A DNA stretch of 62,065 nt, filler included, from a bacterium (lineage in GTDB: Bacteria > JBDRGX01): NCBI GenBank assembly GCA_043817485.1. It is 3 parts of 3 records of this genome, joined end to end, with 100 filler letters (N's around TTAATTAATTAA, not from the genome) between each part and the next. Parts side by side here need not be neighbours in the genome. Positions count along the whole stretch, not along the records: positions 22,986 to 41,872 come from JBDRGX010000104.1; 2 more parts are not named here. One strand, given 5' to 3'. The notes under the pieces were generated by a model. It did no database searches, was not told where the DNA came from, and was given only the letters and a program-made list of their open reading frames with translations. This document shows positions 30,052 to 39,861 of this stretch, piece by piece (position 1 is the first letter of the stretch; every line of letters begins with the position of its first letter). Made by a program: the position numbers and the translations under genes.

Positions 30052-31323
30052 TTATTTAATAACAAAAGGAGAATCAGGTTTTATTGTTTTAAAAGATTCA
30101 AAATCAACAATCCCTAAATTAAAAGCATAATAAGAAATTTGTAAAGGTTTCCATTTAACTGTATTTTCTATATCTATGTCTTGATCATAAATTTCCAATC
30201 TATCACAAATTCCCTTTTTAATTTCATTTTTATCAATAGTACCCCACCAATTATTTTTTGCATCAATTTTAAATGTAGATTGATTAGAATATTCTATAAT
30301 ACCAGTTATTTTTTTCTTATTTTGATCATCAAGGTATATATAAATTTCATCTTCTATATTTTCTTTTATAGGAACTATTTGATATTTATATAATTCTTTT
30401 CCATCCCATGTTTGAATACTATAATTAGATAATACAATACTTCCATAATACAAATTTGCTTCTTTATCTAAATTTTTTTCATAGCAAATATCATAAATAC
30501 TATTATTTGTAATAATTGGATTTGGAATAGGATTTTTATTACCTTCGGGAATTTTTATTATATGTATTCCAATTCCACAATCATAAATTTCATTATTTGT
30601 AATATTAAAAGAACAATCAAGAAAATTATTTCCTTGAGTATAATAACAAAGAATCCCTTGTCCAGGATATAACATCTGTTGAGAATCACTATATTGTTGA
30701 CCTTTAGGATGACCAATATGTCTAATAATACAATTGCTAATATCTGGAGTAGAGTTAATTATTCTAATGCCAGTAGTAGCATATTCAATTAAACAATATT
30801 CTATTTTTGATTTTCTATCTAAATTTTCATATTGTTTACTAATACTAATTTGTCCCCAATCACCCTTTTGAATCCCTTTTTCTCCATTAGAAGTAAAAAT
30901 AACTGGTTCCTCTTTTGTTCCTTGAATTTCTAATATTCCTCCATCTATCATTAAATCACTTTTATTTGTCCAACCTCCAGAAAATCCCATTACATCATAT
31001 CCAGTCATAAAAATTATTTTCATTCCTTTTCCAATAACTAATTTTGCTGGTTTTGATATTTCTCCCATTTCTTTTACTCTTATTCGAACATCTCCCTTAA
31101 TTAAAATTTTACCTTCGGGATAAAATTCTTTTGTCCAATAAAAAACTCCATCCTTTGGTTCTTGTCCATTAGGTGCTGTTTTATCTGGAAAAAAATCTCC
31201 AGCCACTCCCCATGCTGGCCAAAGTTCACTTTGATAATCATAAGCATTCATTCTTGCTTTTTGACAATTTTGAGTAAAAATTAAAATGAAAATTATTAAC
31301 AAAAAAAAATCTTTTTTTTTCAT
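30052..31323 (-). CDS. Secreted right-handed beta-helix repeat protein
   Basis: Signal peptide with Cys; GTKEEPVIFTS..GDWG, IEYCLIEYA, ITNNEIY and DAKNNWWGT motifs. Confidence 0.75.
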   Translation of the reverse strand: MKKKDFFLLIIFILIFTQNCQKARMNAYDYQSELWPAWGVAGDFFPDKTAPNGQEPKDGVFYWTKEFYPEGKILIKGDVRIRVKEMGEISKPAKLVIGKGMKIIFMTGYDVMGFSGGWTNKSDLMIDGGILEIQGTKEEPVIFTSNGEKGIQKGDWGQISISKQYENLDRKSKIEYCLIEYATTGIRIINSTPDISNCIIRHIGHPKGQQYSDSQQMLYPGQGILCYYTQGNNFLDCSFNITNNEIYDCGIGIHIIKIPEGNKNPIPNPIITNNSIYDICYEKNLDKEANLYYGSIVLSNYSIQTWDGKELYKYQIVPIKENIEDEIYIYLDDQNKKKITGIIEYSNQSTFKIDAKNNWWGTIDKNEIKKGICDRLEIYDQDIDIENTVKWKPLQISYYAFNLGIVDFESFKTIKPDSPFVIK

Positions 31324-31488
31324 TTATTATAAAATCTCCTCTGACATAGAATGTCTTTTTTTGTTATAGATTTTTGCAAAATAATATAATAATTACATTT
31401 TTAAAATACAAAAATACATTATTATACTAAAAACATTATTAATTTCACATTTTGCAAAAGTCTATTTTTGCTATTTTTAGTTTTTTTA

Positions 31489-32179
31489 TTATTTAAACAT
31501 TTGCTTAATTTGTGCCCAACTTGTTGTTATTAAAATAGATACAGGATCTCCTTGAAGTTCTATTAAAGAAGTTTTTTTGCCATCTAAAAATGTTTCTCTT
31601 TTGATTAAACCTATGTCTGGAGCCAAATATTCTGCCCAATTTATTCTTGTTGCAGATCCTGAAATAAAACCAGCAAATTGTATGTATAAGCAATTATTAT
31701 AATTTTTCCCATTAACTGTTATACTAGCATTTCTATTTTCCATTTTAGCCATTACATCTATTGCTATTTGATTTTCTATGGCAAAGCCAATTACATTCCA
31801 AATTTCTCCTGTATTTGCATTTAATTTATAATATAAACCCTCTTTTCCTATAGCTTCTTGATCAATATCATCTGCTGCAGCATCTGACCAATAATATATT
31901 CCATTTTCACCTTTTCTAATAAAATCTGGTCCAACTAAAGTTTCATTATAATTAAAATATTCTCTTATTTCTATTATCCCAGGGGATATTTCTGTTTTTT
32001 TTTTGCAATGTATTTTTAATTTGTCTTTCTGCAAATTGTATTTTATAATTATCATCTGCATCCCATTGATGAACTTTATATGTCCATTTTATTGCAGGAT
32101 TTAAGGGATAATAATCAATAGCAAAAGATATGACAAAACTTAAAAAAAATAATCCTAAAATTATTATTATTTTTTTCAT
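31489..32179 (-). pseudogene. Secreted protein split by an A10 frameshift, with C-terminal TSWAQIK motif
   Basis: Signal peptide + DYYPL in 31952-32179; removing one base of the run 31995-32004 joins it to 31489-32061 (EYLAPDIGLIK). Confidence 0.7.
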
Positions 32180-32260
32180 TATTAATTTTCTCCTTCTATG
32201 ATAAAAGTTTCGTTTTTATCAATATTTCGTTCCTATGGGGCGAACGCCGTGTCCCTGTAT

Positions 32261-32288
32261 GTAAGGGCAATTCATGAATTGCCCCTAC
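32261..32288. repeat. GTAG-type REP palindrome
   Basis: GTAAGGGCAATTCATGAATTGCCCCTAC, a near-perfect 28-bp palindrome; half copy at 61921-61935. Confidence 0.8.
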
Positions 32289-32320
32289 AAAGATAAAACC
32301 ATCTTGAATTTTCCTATTTT

Positions 32321-32395
32321 TTTGTTTTGAACATTTGTATTTTGAACATTCGAATTTGTTTCAGATTTCGATATTCGAATTTCGAATTTTCTTTT
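32321..32395 (-). repeat. Dispersed heptad-repeat element copy
   Basis: TTTTGAACATTTGTATTTTGAACATTCGAATTTGTTTCAGATTTCGATATTCGAATTTCGAATTTTC. Confidence 0.75.
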
Positions 32396-32734
32396 ATTTC
32401 AGCATCAACATTTTTTTACAATTTTGTGCTTGGTTGTTTACAATGGTTTCATAAAAAACATTCCCGAGCTGACTTCTTTTCCTAAATTATCTCTGCCATC
32501 CCAATATACTGAATTGTTATTTCCTGTATCTATTATTGAAACACTATCACTCCATTCATTAGCCACATATACCTTAGTTCCTAATACACATAAGGCACTT
32601 GGACCTAATCCATTTACTTTATTTCCATTAGGAATAAGATTTATAGTATCAACAACTTTCACTTTTCCATAACTTATATTCATTGTTATTACACATAACA
32701 AAATAAAATAACTTAAAAAAGTTTTTTTAAACAT
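32394..32734 (-). pseudogene. Collapsed secreted protein: signal peptide + one YVTN-like repeat + partial FlgD-Ig C-terminal domain, frameshifted
   Basis: KVYVANEWSDSVSIIDT joined directly to VYWDGRDNLGKEVSSG; alternate frame ends FYETIV..KKMLMLK*. Confidence 0.65.
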
Positions 32735-32849
32735 TTTTGCTCCTTATAAGAATTAATTTTTATTTTTGTTTTTTTATAAAATTTTTTTAAAGATGGGGTT
32801 TAAAATTTCACATAACTTATATATTAACAAATGGTTTAATATACATTTT

Positions 32850-32928
32850 TGGTCGGGGCGAGAGGATTCGAACCTCCGGCCTTGTGGTCCCAAACCACAC
32901 GCGCTAAACCAGACTGCGCTACGCCCCG
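32850..32928 (-). tRNA. tRNA-Pro(TGG)
   Basis: CGGGGCG/CGCCCCG acceptor stem, TGTGG-ttTGGga-CCACA anticodon arm, GGTTCGAATCC T-arm, encoded CCA. Confidence 0.97.
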
Positions 32929-33509
32929 ATTAATATTTTTTCTAATACTATTTTTATTTTCATTAAAGATTGAGCACGATGACTTATTTTATTTTTAATT
33001 TCAGAACCTAATTCACCGAATGATTTATTATATTTTGGAATAATAAATATAGGATCAAATCCAAAACCATGTGTTCCTTGTATTTCAGTAGCAATAAATC
33101 CTTTACAAATTCCAGTTCTTGTAATTACTTTTTTATTCGGTTGTGCTAATGCAACAACAGAAACAAATCTTGCTTTTCTTTTTTCAAAAGGGACTTTTTT
33201 CAAAAATTCTAAAATTTTATTATTTCTTTTTTCATCATCTGAAGCTAAACGAGCAGAATAAATTCCTGGTTCCCCATTTAAAAAATCTACTTCTAATCCA
33301 GAATCTTCTGCTAAAACTGTTTTATTACATAATTTGCAAATTTCTAAAGCTTTTTTAATTGCATTTTCTTTATAAGAATTTCCATTTTCATCAATTTTTT
33401 TATTTACATTAACATCTTTTAATGAAAAAAAATTTATATCCAAATTTTGTAAAAGATTTTCTATCTCTTTTATTTTTCCAAAATTATAAGTACCAATAAC
33501 TAAATTCAT
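32919..33509 (-). CDS. rdgB: RdgB/HAM1 family non-canonical purine NTP pyrophosphatase
   Basis: GKIKEI, EDSGLEVD..PGIYSAR, GFGFDPIF, KNKISHR; likely start MNLVIG at 33509. Confidence 0.93.
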   Translation of the reverse strand: MNLVIGTYNFGKIKEIENLLQNLDINFFSLKDVNVNKKIDENGNSYKENAIKKALEICKLCNKTVLAEDSGLEVDFLNGEPGIYSARLASDDEKRNNKILEFLKKVPFEKRKARFVSVVALAQPNKKVITRTGICKGFIATEIQGTHGFGFDPIFIIPKYNKSFGELGSEIKNKISHRAQSLMKIKIVLEKILIGA

Positions 33510-33562
33510 TACAAAATATCCTTTTTTTGAGAAACACAAATATTATCAAAATTTTACTAATG

Positions 33563-34702
33563 TCAAGTTTTTTCCATTATTTCGAATAATTTTTTTTTAT
33601 CTTTTTTGCTTTCTATTATATCATTAAAACATTTCACTATTTTTGGATCAAAATGTTTTCCTGATTGTTCATTAATTTCTTTTATTGCTTCTTCTATTTT
33701 TAAAGCTTTTCTATACGATCTATCAGAAGTCATTGCATCAAAAGCATCACTTACAGCAATAATACGGCTAAACAAAGGAATTTTTTCTTTTTTTAATCCA
33801 TTTGGATAACCTTTTCCATCAAATTGTTCATGATGATATTTTATAGATGGAAGAATTTTACTTAATTCTTTAATGGGTAATAATATTTTATTTCCAATTA
33901 AAGAATGAGATTGTATTTTTAATCTTTCTTTATCACTCAATTTATTTGTAGAATTTAATATTTTTTCTGTAATTCCTATTTTGCCAATATCATGTAATAA
34001 TGATATTAATCTCAAGTCTTTTTGTTTTAAAGGAGATAAAAAAAATTTATCTCCAATCAATTTACTTATTTTAGCAACTCTTTCTGAATGACCATGAGTA
34101 TAAGGATCTTTTGCTTCAATAGCAAATATTAAAGACTTTATGGTATTTATCAGTAATTTTTCTAAATCTTCATATAAATTTGCATTATTTATAGCAACTT
34201 GTACTTGTTCAGATAAATCTAATAATAATTGAAGATCTTTTTTTTGAAAAAGCATATTGTTAAGTTTATTTAATACTTGCAAAGCCCCAATAATTTTTTC
34301 CCCTTTTTTCAAAGGAACACAAATTAATGATTTTGTTGTAAAATTACTTATATTGTCTACTTTTTCACACCATCTTTTATCATTTTTAACATCTTGAATA
34401 AGTAAAGGTTTATTGTGTAAAATAACCCAACTAACAAAACCCTCACCTTTTTTTATTGTAATTTGTTTTACTTTATTTTCTTCATCTCCTGTAGCAATTT
34501 TAAATATTAATTTTTTAGATTTGGGGTTTATTAAATAAAGAGAACTTCTTTCTGCTTTAAGTAAATCATTTACTTGTTTCATAATTGTATTTAATAATAC
34601 ATCCATATCTAAAGTTGAATTGATAATACTATTTATTTTAATTAATTTTTTTAAAGTAGAAATATGCTCATTTAAATTTTTTATTTTTTTATCTTTATTC
34701 AT
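33563..34702 (-). CDS. GAF + HD-GYP domain phosphodiesterase
   Basis: GAF region (SLICVPL..GALQVLNK); KDPYTHGHSERV, LHDIGKIG, HHEQFDGKGYP, DAFDAMTSDRSY. Confidence 0.92.
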   Translation of the reverse strand: MNKDKKIKNLNEHISTLKKLIKINSIINSTLDMDVLLNTIMKQVNDLLKAERSSLYLINPKSKKLIFKIATGDEENKVKQITIKKGEGFVSWVILHNKPLLIQDVKNDKRWCEKVDNISNFTTKSLICVPLKKGEKIIGALQVLNKLNNMLFQKKDLQLLLDLSEQVQVAINNANLYEDLEKLLINTIKSLIFAIEAKDPYTHGHSERVAKISKLIGDKFFLSPLKQKDLRLISLLHDIGKIGITEKILNSTNKLSDKERLKIQSHSLIGNKILLPIKELSKILPSIKYHHEQFDGKGYPNGLKKEKIPLFSRIIAVSDAFDAMTSDRSYRKALKIEEAIKEINEQSGKHFDPKIVKCFNDIIESKKDKKKLFEIMEKT

Positions 34703-34739
34703 ATTTTTATTTTTTAAAATTTTTTGGAATGGTTAAAAT

Positions 34740-35534
34740 TTATTTTAAATTAGAACGAATATCTTTAACAAAATTTAAAACTTTTTCAATCATTTCTTTT
34801 TTATTTTTTTCATCTTCAATAATTTTAATAATAGCACTTCCAATAATAAAACCATCAGCATAAGAAATAATTTTTTTTACTTGATTAGAATTTGAAATTC
34901 CAAAACCTACACAAACTGGCAAAGAAGTATGTTTTTTTATTTTTTCAATAGAATTTTTTATTTTTTCATCTAAAGTATTTCTTAATCCAGTAACTCCAGT
35001 AATGCTAAGATAATATACAAAACCTTGCGTGTGTTTCACTATAAAATCAATTCTTTCATCTTGTGTAGTTGGAGAAATAAAAGATATTAAATCTATTTTT
35101 TTTAAAGAATTTATTCTTTTAATTGGCAAAATTTCTTCGCAAGGAAGATCAGGAATAATAAGTCCATCAACACCTACTTTTGTTGCATGAATAAAAAAAT
35201 TTTCAAGACCAAATTTATAAATTGGATTATAATATGACATAATGATTAAAGGTATTTTGACTTTATTTCTAATATCTTTTACTAAATTTATAACAGATTC
35301 TAAGTTTATTTTATTTTTCAAAGCTTCTTGAAAAGATTTTTGAATTATAGGACCATCTGCTAATGGATCAGAAAATGGTACTCCTAATTCAATAATATCT
35401 ACACCTTCTTGAGCAAGTTTTAAAATAAGTTCTTTAGTAGTTTCTATATCTGGATAGCCGACTGTTAAATAAACAATAAATGCTTTCTGATTATTTTTTT
35501 TTAAAGTTTTAAATTTTGTGCTTATTAAATTCAT
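34740..35534 (-). CDS. trpA: Tryptophan synthase alpha chain
   Basis: IELGVPFSDPLADGPIIQ, MSYYNP, IIPDLP, GVTG, VGFGIS. Confidence 0.96.
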   Translation of the reverse strand: MNLISTKFKTLKKNNQKAFIVYLTVGYPDIETTKELILKLAQEGVDIIELGVPFSDPLADGPIIQKSFQEALKNKINLESVINLVKDIRNKVKIPLIIMSYYNPIYKFGLENFFIHATKVGVDGLIIPDLPCEEILPIKRINSLKKIDLISFISPTTQDERIDFIVKHTQGFVYYLSITGVTGLRNTLDEKIKNSIEKIKKHTSLPVCVGFGISNSNQVKKIISYADGFIIGSAIIKIIEDEKNKKEMIEKVLNFVKDIRSNLK

Positions 35535-35753
35535 ATAAAAATCCTAATTTAATTATAGTGTCATAAAATATTTTTTTTATTTTTATAATATGAAGCCATT
35601 TTTTGTCAAGATTTTTCTCAAAGACTATCATTCACATGGTGTTAAATTAAAGCCATTCTTAATTGAATTACTTTAACTATTATAATACCTATCTTAAAAA
35701 CTTTGCATTTCTAAAATAATTTAAAATAATTTAAAATAATTTTATTTTTTTTC

Positions 35754-35820
35754 TTGACATAATTGGGACATTTTGTATTATAGAGTAATTTTGTGAAACT
35801 TAGTGGAGTAAAGTGGAGCA
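35754..35820 (+). promoter_or_regulatory. dcw promoter with MraZ-binding boxes
   Basis: TTGACA(35754)-N16-TATTAT, followed by GTGAAA, GTGGAG and GTGGAG at 10-bp spacing (35793, 35803, 35813), the known MraZ operator pattern. Confidence 0.75.
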
Positions 35821-35849
35821 ATGCTTTTTATATATAAAAAAGGATAAAT

Positions 35850-36281
35850 ATGTTTATCGGAGAATTTGCACATACAATTGATTCAAAAGATAGAATTATT
35901 CTTCCAGCAAAATTTAGAAAAATTTTAGATAAAGATAAAGTAATTTTAGCAAAAGGTTTTGAAAAATGTTTATTTCTTTATTCTTTGCCTGAATGGAATA
36001 ATTTAATTAAAAAACTTAAAAATTTATCTGTTTTTAAAAAAGATGCTCAAAAAATTAAAAGAACTTTTATTTCAAGTGCTTATGAATTTCAATTAGATAC
36101 TCAAGGAAGATTTTTAATCCCATCTCATCTTAAAAAATATGCTGAATTAGAAAAAGAAGTATCTGTAATTGGCGTTGATGAACGAATCGAAATTTGGAAT
36201 ATGACAATTTGGCAAAAATATTCAAAAGAAGCAGAAGAAAATTATGCTGAATTAGCAGATCAATTAATAAATATGGAATAA
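35850..36281 (+). CDS. mraZ: Division/cell wall cluster transcriptional repressor MraZ
   Basis: MFIGEFAHTIDSKDRIILPAKFR, DTQGRFLIP, IGVDERIEIW. Confidence 0.96.
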   Translation: MFIGEFAHTIDSKDRIILPAKFRKILDKDKVILAKGFEKCLFLYSLPEWNNLIKKLKNLSVFKKDAQKIKRTFISSAYEFQLDTQGRFLIPSHLKKYAELEKEVSVIGVDERIEIWNMTIWQKYSKEAEENYAELADQLINME

Positions 36282-36316
36282 TAATTGTAAATGCTAATTT
36301 TAAAAAGGATTATAGT

Positions 36317-36646
36317 TTGAAAAAATATTCTACAAAAAATAGAAAATCTAAAAGAAAAAATAATTGGTATTTTTTACCATGGTTTATTATTGTTCTTTTT
36401 TTTACTCTTTTTTATATAAAACAAGGTAGTGATATATATCAACAAGGTTATGAATTAGTTAAAGTAAAAAAAATGTATAAAGAAACAAAAGAAATAGAAA
36501 ATTATTTAAAACTTAAAGTAATAAAATTAAAATCTCCAAATCAAATAGAAAAAGATGCAAAAGAAAAATGTGATTTAATCAGAAGTAATGAAGAAGAAAT
36601 AATTTTGTTAACAGTAAAAGATTTTTTTGAAAAATTTGTTAACTAA
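36317..36646 (+). CDS. ftsL: Cell division protein FtsL-like
   Basis: Basic N-terminus, single TM helix, coiled coil, LKSPNQIEKDA; position before ftsI. Confidence 0.72.
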   Translation: MKKYSTKNRKSKRKNNWYFLPWFIIVLFFTLFYIKQGSDIYQQGYELVKVKKMYKETKEIENYLKLKVIKLKSPNQIEKDAKEKCDLIRSNEEEIILLTVKDFFEKFVN

Positions 36647-36674
36647 ATAATTTTATTTTGGAGAAACATAATTT

Positions 36675-38396
36675 GTGAATGCTATTACTAAATTTTATAA
36701 AATTCGTATTTTTATAATATTTATTCCATTTACAATTATTTTATGTTTAATTCTTTATCGCTTATTTTCAATTCAAATTTTAAAACATAAAGCTTTTCAA
36801 AAAATTGTTAATAAACAACATCATGCTAAAATTACAATAGAACCTGATAGAGGAATTATTTATGATTGCAATATGAATCCTTTAGTTTTAAATACAAAAG
36901 CAAATTCATTATTTGCAATTCCTTCAGAAATAAAAAATAAAAAAACAACTGCTTATAATTTAGCTCCTTTAATAAACGAATCTTTTTCTTGTATTTACAA
37001 AAAAATTAATCAGCCTAAAAAAAAATTTGTTTGGATAAAAAGAAAATTAAATAAAGATACAGAAAACAATATTCAAAATTTAAAAATAAAAGGATTACAT
37101 TTTGTTAAAGAAACTCAAAGAGTTTATCCTCATAAAACATTAGCTTGTCATATATTAGGATTTGTAGATATAGATAATAAAGGATTAAGTGGTATAGAAA
37201 AAAGTTTAGATTCTTATATAAAAGGAATACCTGGTTGGATGATAATGGAAAAAGATGCTCAAAATCAATATTTTATTCCAAGTAAATGTAAAAGTAAAAA
37301 TCCAGAAGGTGGTTATAGTTTAAAATTAACTATAGATCTTGTAATTCAATATATTGTAGAAAGTGAATTAGATGTTATTTGGGAAAAATTTAAACCTAAT
37401 TCAGCTTTTGTTATTGTAATGGATCCAAAAAGTGGAAAAATTTTAGCTATATCCAATAGACCTAATTTTGATCCGAATAATTCAAATTTTTATCCTGCTT
37501 ATACATGGAAAAATAGAGCAATAATAGATATATTTGAACCTGGTTCTACTATGAAAATGTTTTTAGCTGCATCTGCTCTTAATGAAAAAATATTTACACC
37601 TGAAGAAAAAATATTTTGTGAAAATGGTGTTTATTCAATTGGTCGACATAAAATTCATGACCATGGCAAAAAATATAGCTGGCTTACATTTACACAAGTT
37701 TTAGCTTATTCAAGTAATATTGGAATGGTTAAAATAGGAACAAAATTAGGAAAAGAAAAATTATATAATTGTTTTTTTAATTTTGGTTTTGGACAAAAAA
37801 CTAATTTACTTCTTCCAGGTGAAATGTCTGGTGTTTTAAGAAAACCAAATAATTGGTCTTCATATTCTATTAGTGCTATTTCTATTGGACAAGAAATAGG
37901 AATAACTGGAATTCAATTAATAAAAGCTACTTCTATTTTGGCTAATAATGGAATTTTAAAAGAACCTTATTTAGTAGAATCTGTTTTAGATAATGAAAAC
38001 CATATAATAAAAGAATTTGTTCAACAAAAACAAGAAAAACAAGTAGAAAAACAAATACTTTCTTCACAAACAATAAATGCTATTAACAAAATTCTTCAAG
38101 AAGTAGTTATTTCTGGGACTGGAACAAAAGCATCTCTTAAATATTATAGCGTTGCTGGAAAAACAGGTACTTCTCAAAAAATAGATCCTAATACTGGAAC
38201 TTATTCTAACAACAAATATATTTCTTCTTTTATTGGATATGTGCCATCTAATGATCCTCAACTTGTTATTTTAGTAGTAGTAGATGAACCTAAAGGAGCT
38301 TATTATGGAGGGGAAGTGGGAGCACCATCTTTTAAAAATATTGCTTATGAAAGTTTAAAACATTTAAAAATAATACCATCTGTGAGTTTAAAATGA
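36675..38396 (+). CDS. ftsI: Class B penicillin-binding protein FtsI
   Basis: RGIIYD, RVYP, EPGSTMK (SxxK), SSN, KTGT. Confidence 0.92.
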   Translation: MNAITKFYKIRIFIIFIPFTIILCLILYRLFSIQILKHKAFQKIVNKQHHAKITIEPDRGIIYDCNMNPLVLNTKANSLFAIPSEIKNKKTTAYNLAPLINESFSCIYKKINQPKKKFVWIKRKLNKDTENNIQNLKIKGLHFVKETQRVYPHKTLACHILGFVDIDNKGLSGIEKSLDSYIKGIPGWMIMEKDAQNQYFIPSKCKSKNPEGGYSLKLTIDLVIQYIVESELDVIWEKFKPNSAFVIVMDPKSGKILAISNRPNFDPNNSNFYPAYTWKNRAIIDIFEPGSTMKMFLAASALNEKIFTPEEKIFCENGVYSIGRHKIHDHGKKYSWLTFTQVLAYSSNIGMVKIGTKLGKEKLYNCFFNFGFGQKTNLLLPGEMSGVLRKPNNWSSYSISAISIGQEIGITGIQLIKATSILANNGILKEPYLVESVLDNENHIIKEFVQQKQEKQVEKQILSSQTINAINKILQEVVISGTGTKASLKYYSVAGKTGTSQKIDPNTGTYSNNKYISSFIGYVPSNDPQLVILVVVDEPKGAYYGGEVGAPSFKNIAYESLKHLKIIPSVSLK

Positions 38397-39847
38397 AACT
38401 AAATTATTTACTTTCAGAAATAAATCAAGAAAAAGAAATTTATGATATAATTGAAATATCTGGGTTATCATGGGATACAAGATTTTTCAAAAAAGGCGAA
38501 ATTTTTATTTGTCTTTCTGGAACTAAAACTAATGGACATTTATATATTGAAGAAGCAATTAAAAAAGGAGCTTCCTGTATTATTGTAGAAAAAAAAATAA
38601 ATAATATATATTCTATTCCTATTATTAAAGTAAAAGATACACGACTTGTATTATCAAAATTATCTTCTAAGTTTTATGGAAATCCATCTTCTAAATTAAA
38701 AATTATTGGAGTTACTGGAACTAATGGAAAAAGTACTACTTGTTGGATGACAGAATCTATTTTAAGTGCATTTGGTAAAAAATGTGGACTTTTAAGCACT
38801 GTTGGAAATAAAATAAATTCTGAAATAAAACCTGCTTCTGCTACTACTCCTGAACCAGATGAACTTCATAGAACTCTTAAAGAAATAGTAGATTCAAATT
38901 CAGAATATGCAATATTAGAAGTTTCTTCTCATGCTTTATCTTTAAATAGAGTTTCTCAAATTAATTTTAATACAGCGTGTTTTACTAATTTAACACAAGA
39001 TCATCTTGATTTTCATCATACCTTAGATGAATATTTTCAAGCAAAACTTAAATTATTCACAGATCTTATTACTAATAATTCTTATGCTATTATAAACCAA
39101 GATGATCCTTATGCAGATAAAATTAAAAAAAATACTAAAGCAAATATAATAACTTTTGGAATTAATAATAAAGCAGAAATTCAAGCAAAAAATATAAATA
39201 TAAATTCAAAAGAAATTGTTTTTCAATTAATAACACCTTCTTTTAATGATGTTATAAAATTAAATATTAGTGGAGATTTTAATGTTTATAATGCTTTAGC
39301 AAGTATAGGTATTGCAATTTCTCAAAATATAGACAAAGAAGCAATAAAAAAAGGATTATATGATTTTAAAGGAATATTGGGTAGATTTGAAAAAATTAAT
39401 AATAAACAAAAAATTCTTGTAATAGTAGATTATGCTCATACTCCAGATGCTTTAGAGCGATTACTTATTTCTACAAAAAAATTAATTAAAGGAAAAATTA
39501 TTCTTGTTTTTGGATGTGGAGGAAATAGAGATCGTGGCAAAAGACCATTAATGGGCGAAATAGCAGCAGAATTAGCAGATTATTCAATTATTACTTCTGA
39601 TAATCCAAGAGATGAAAATCCTGTAAAAATAATTCTTGATATAGAAATAGGTTTTATGAAAAAAAATAAAAAAAGTAATGTTTTAAAAATAATTGATCGA
39701 GAAGAAGCTATAAAAAAAGCTTTATCTTTAGCAAATGAAGATGATGCAGTAATTATATCTGGGAAAGGTCATGAAAATTATCAAATCATAGGACAGCAAA
39801 AAAAAAATTTTAGCGATCAAGCAGTTGTAAAAAAATTATTATTATAA
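38393..39847 (+). CDS. murE: UDP-MurNAc-tripeptide synthetase (meso-DAP type)
   Basis: GVTGTNGKST, EVSSHAL, DHLDFH, VDYAHTPD, DNPR, GKGHE. Confidence 0.96.
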   Translation: MKLNYLLSEINQEKEIYDIIEISGLSWDTRFFKKGEIFICLSGTKTNGHLYIEEAIKKGASCIIVEKKINNIYSIPIIKVKDTRLVLSKLSSKFYGNPSSKLKIIGVTGTNGKSTTCWMTESILSAFGKKCGLLSTVGNKINSEIKPASATTPEPDELHRTLKEIVDSNSEYAILEVSSHALSLNRVSQINFNTACFTNLTQDHLDFHHTLDEYFQAKLKLFTDLITNNSYAIINQDDPYADKIKKNTKANIITFGINNKAEIQAKNININSKEIVFQLITPSFNDVIKLNISGDFNVYNALASIGIAISQNIDKEAIKKGLYDFKGILGRFEKINNKQKILVIVDYAHTPDALERLLISTKKLIKGKIILVFGCGGNRDRGKRPLMGEIAAELADYSIITSDNPRDENPVKIILDIEIGFMKKNKKSNVLKIIDREEAIKKALSLANEDDAVIISGKGHENYQIIGQQKKNFSDQAVVKKLLL

Positions 39848-39861
39848 TGAGGTAAAATAAT

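Noticed and set aside
35712-35741. TAAAATAATT x3 tandem repeat
   Set aside because: Pure A/T low-complexity sequence; at most an UP-like element of the mraZ promoter
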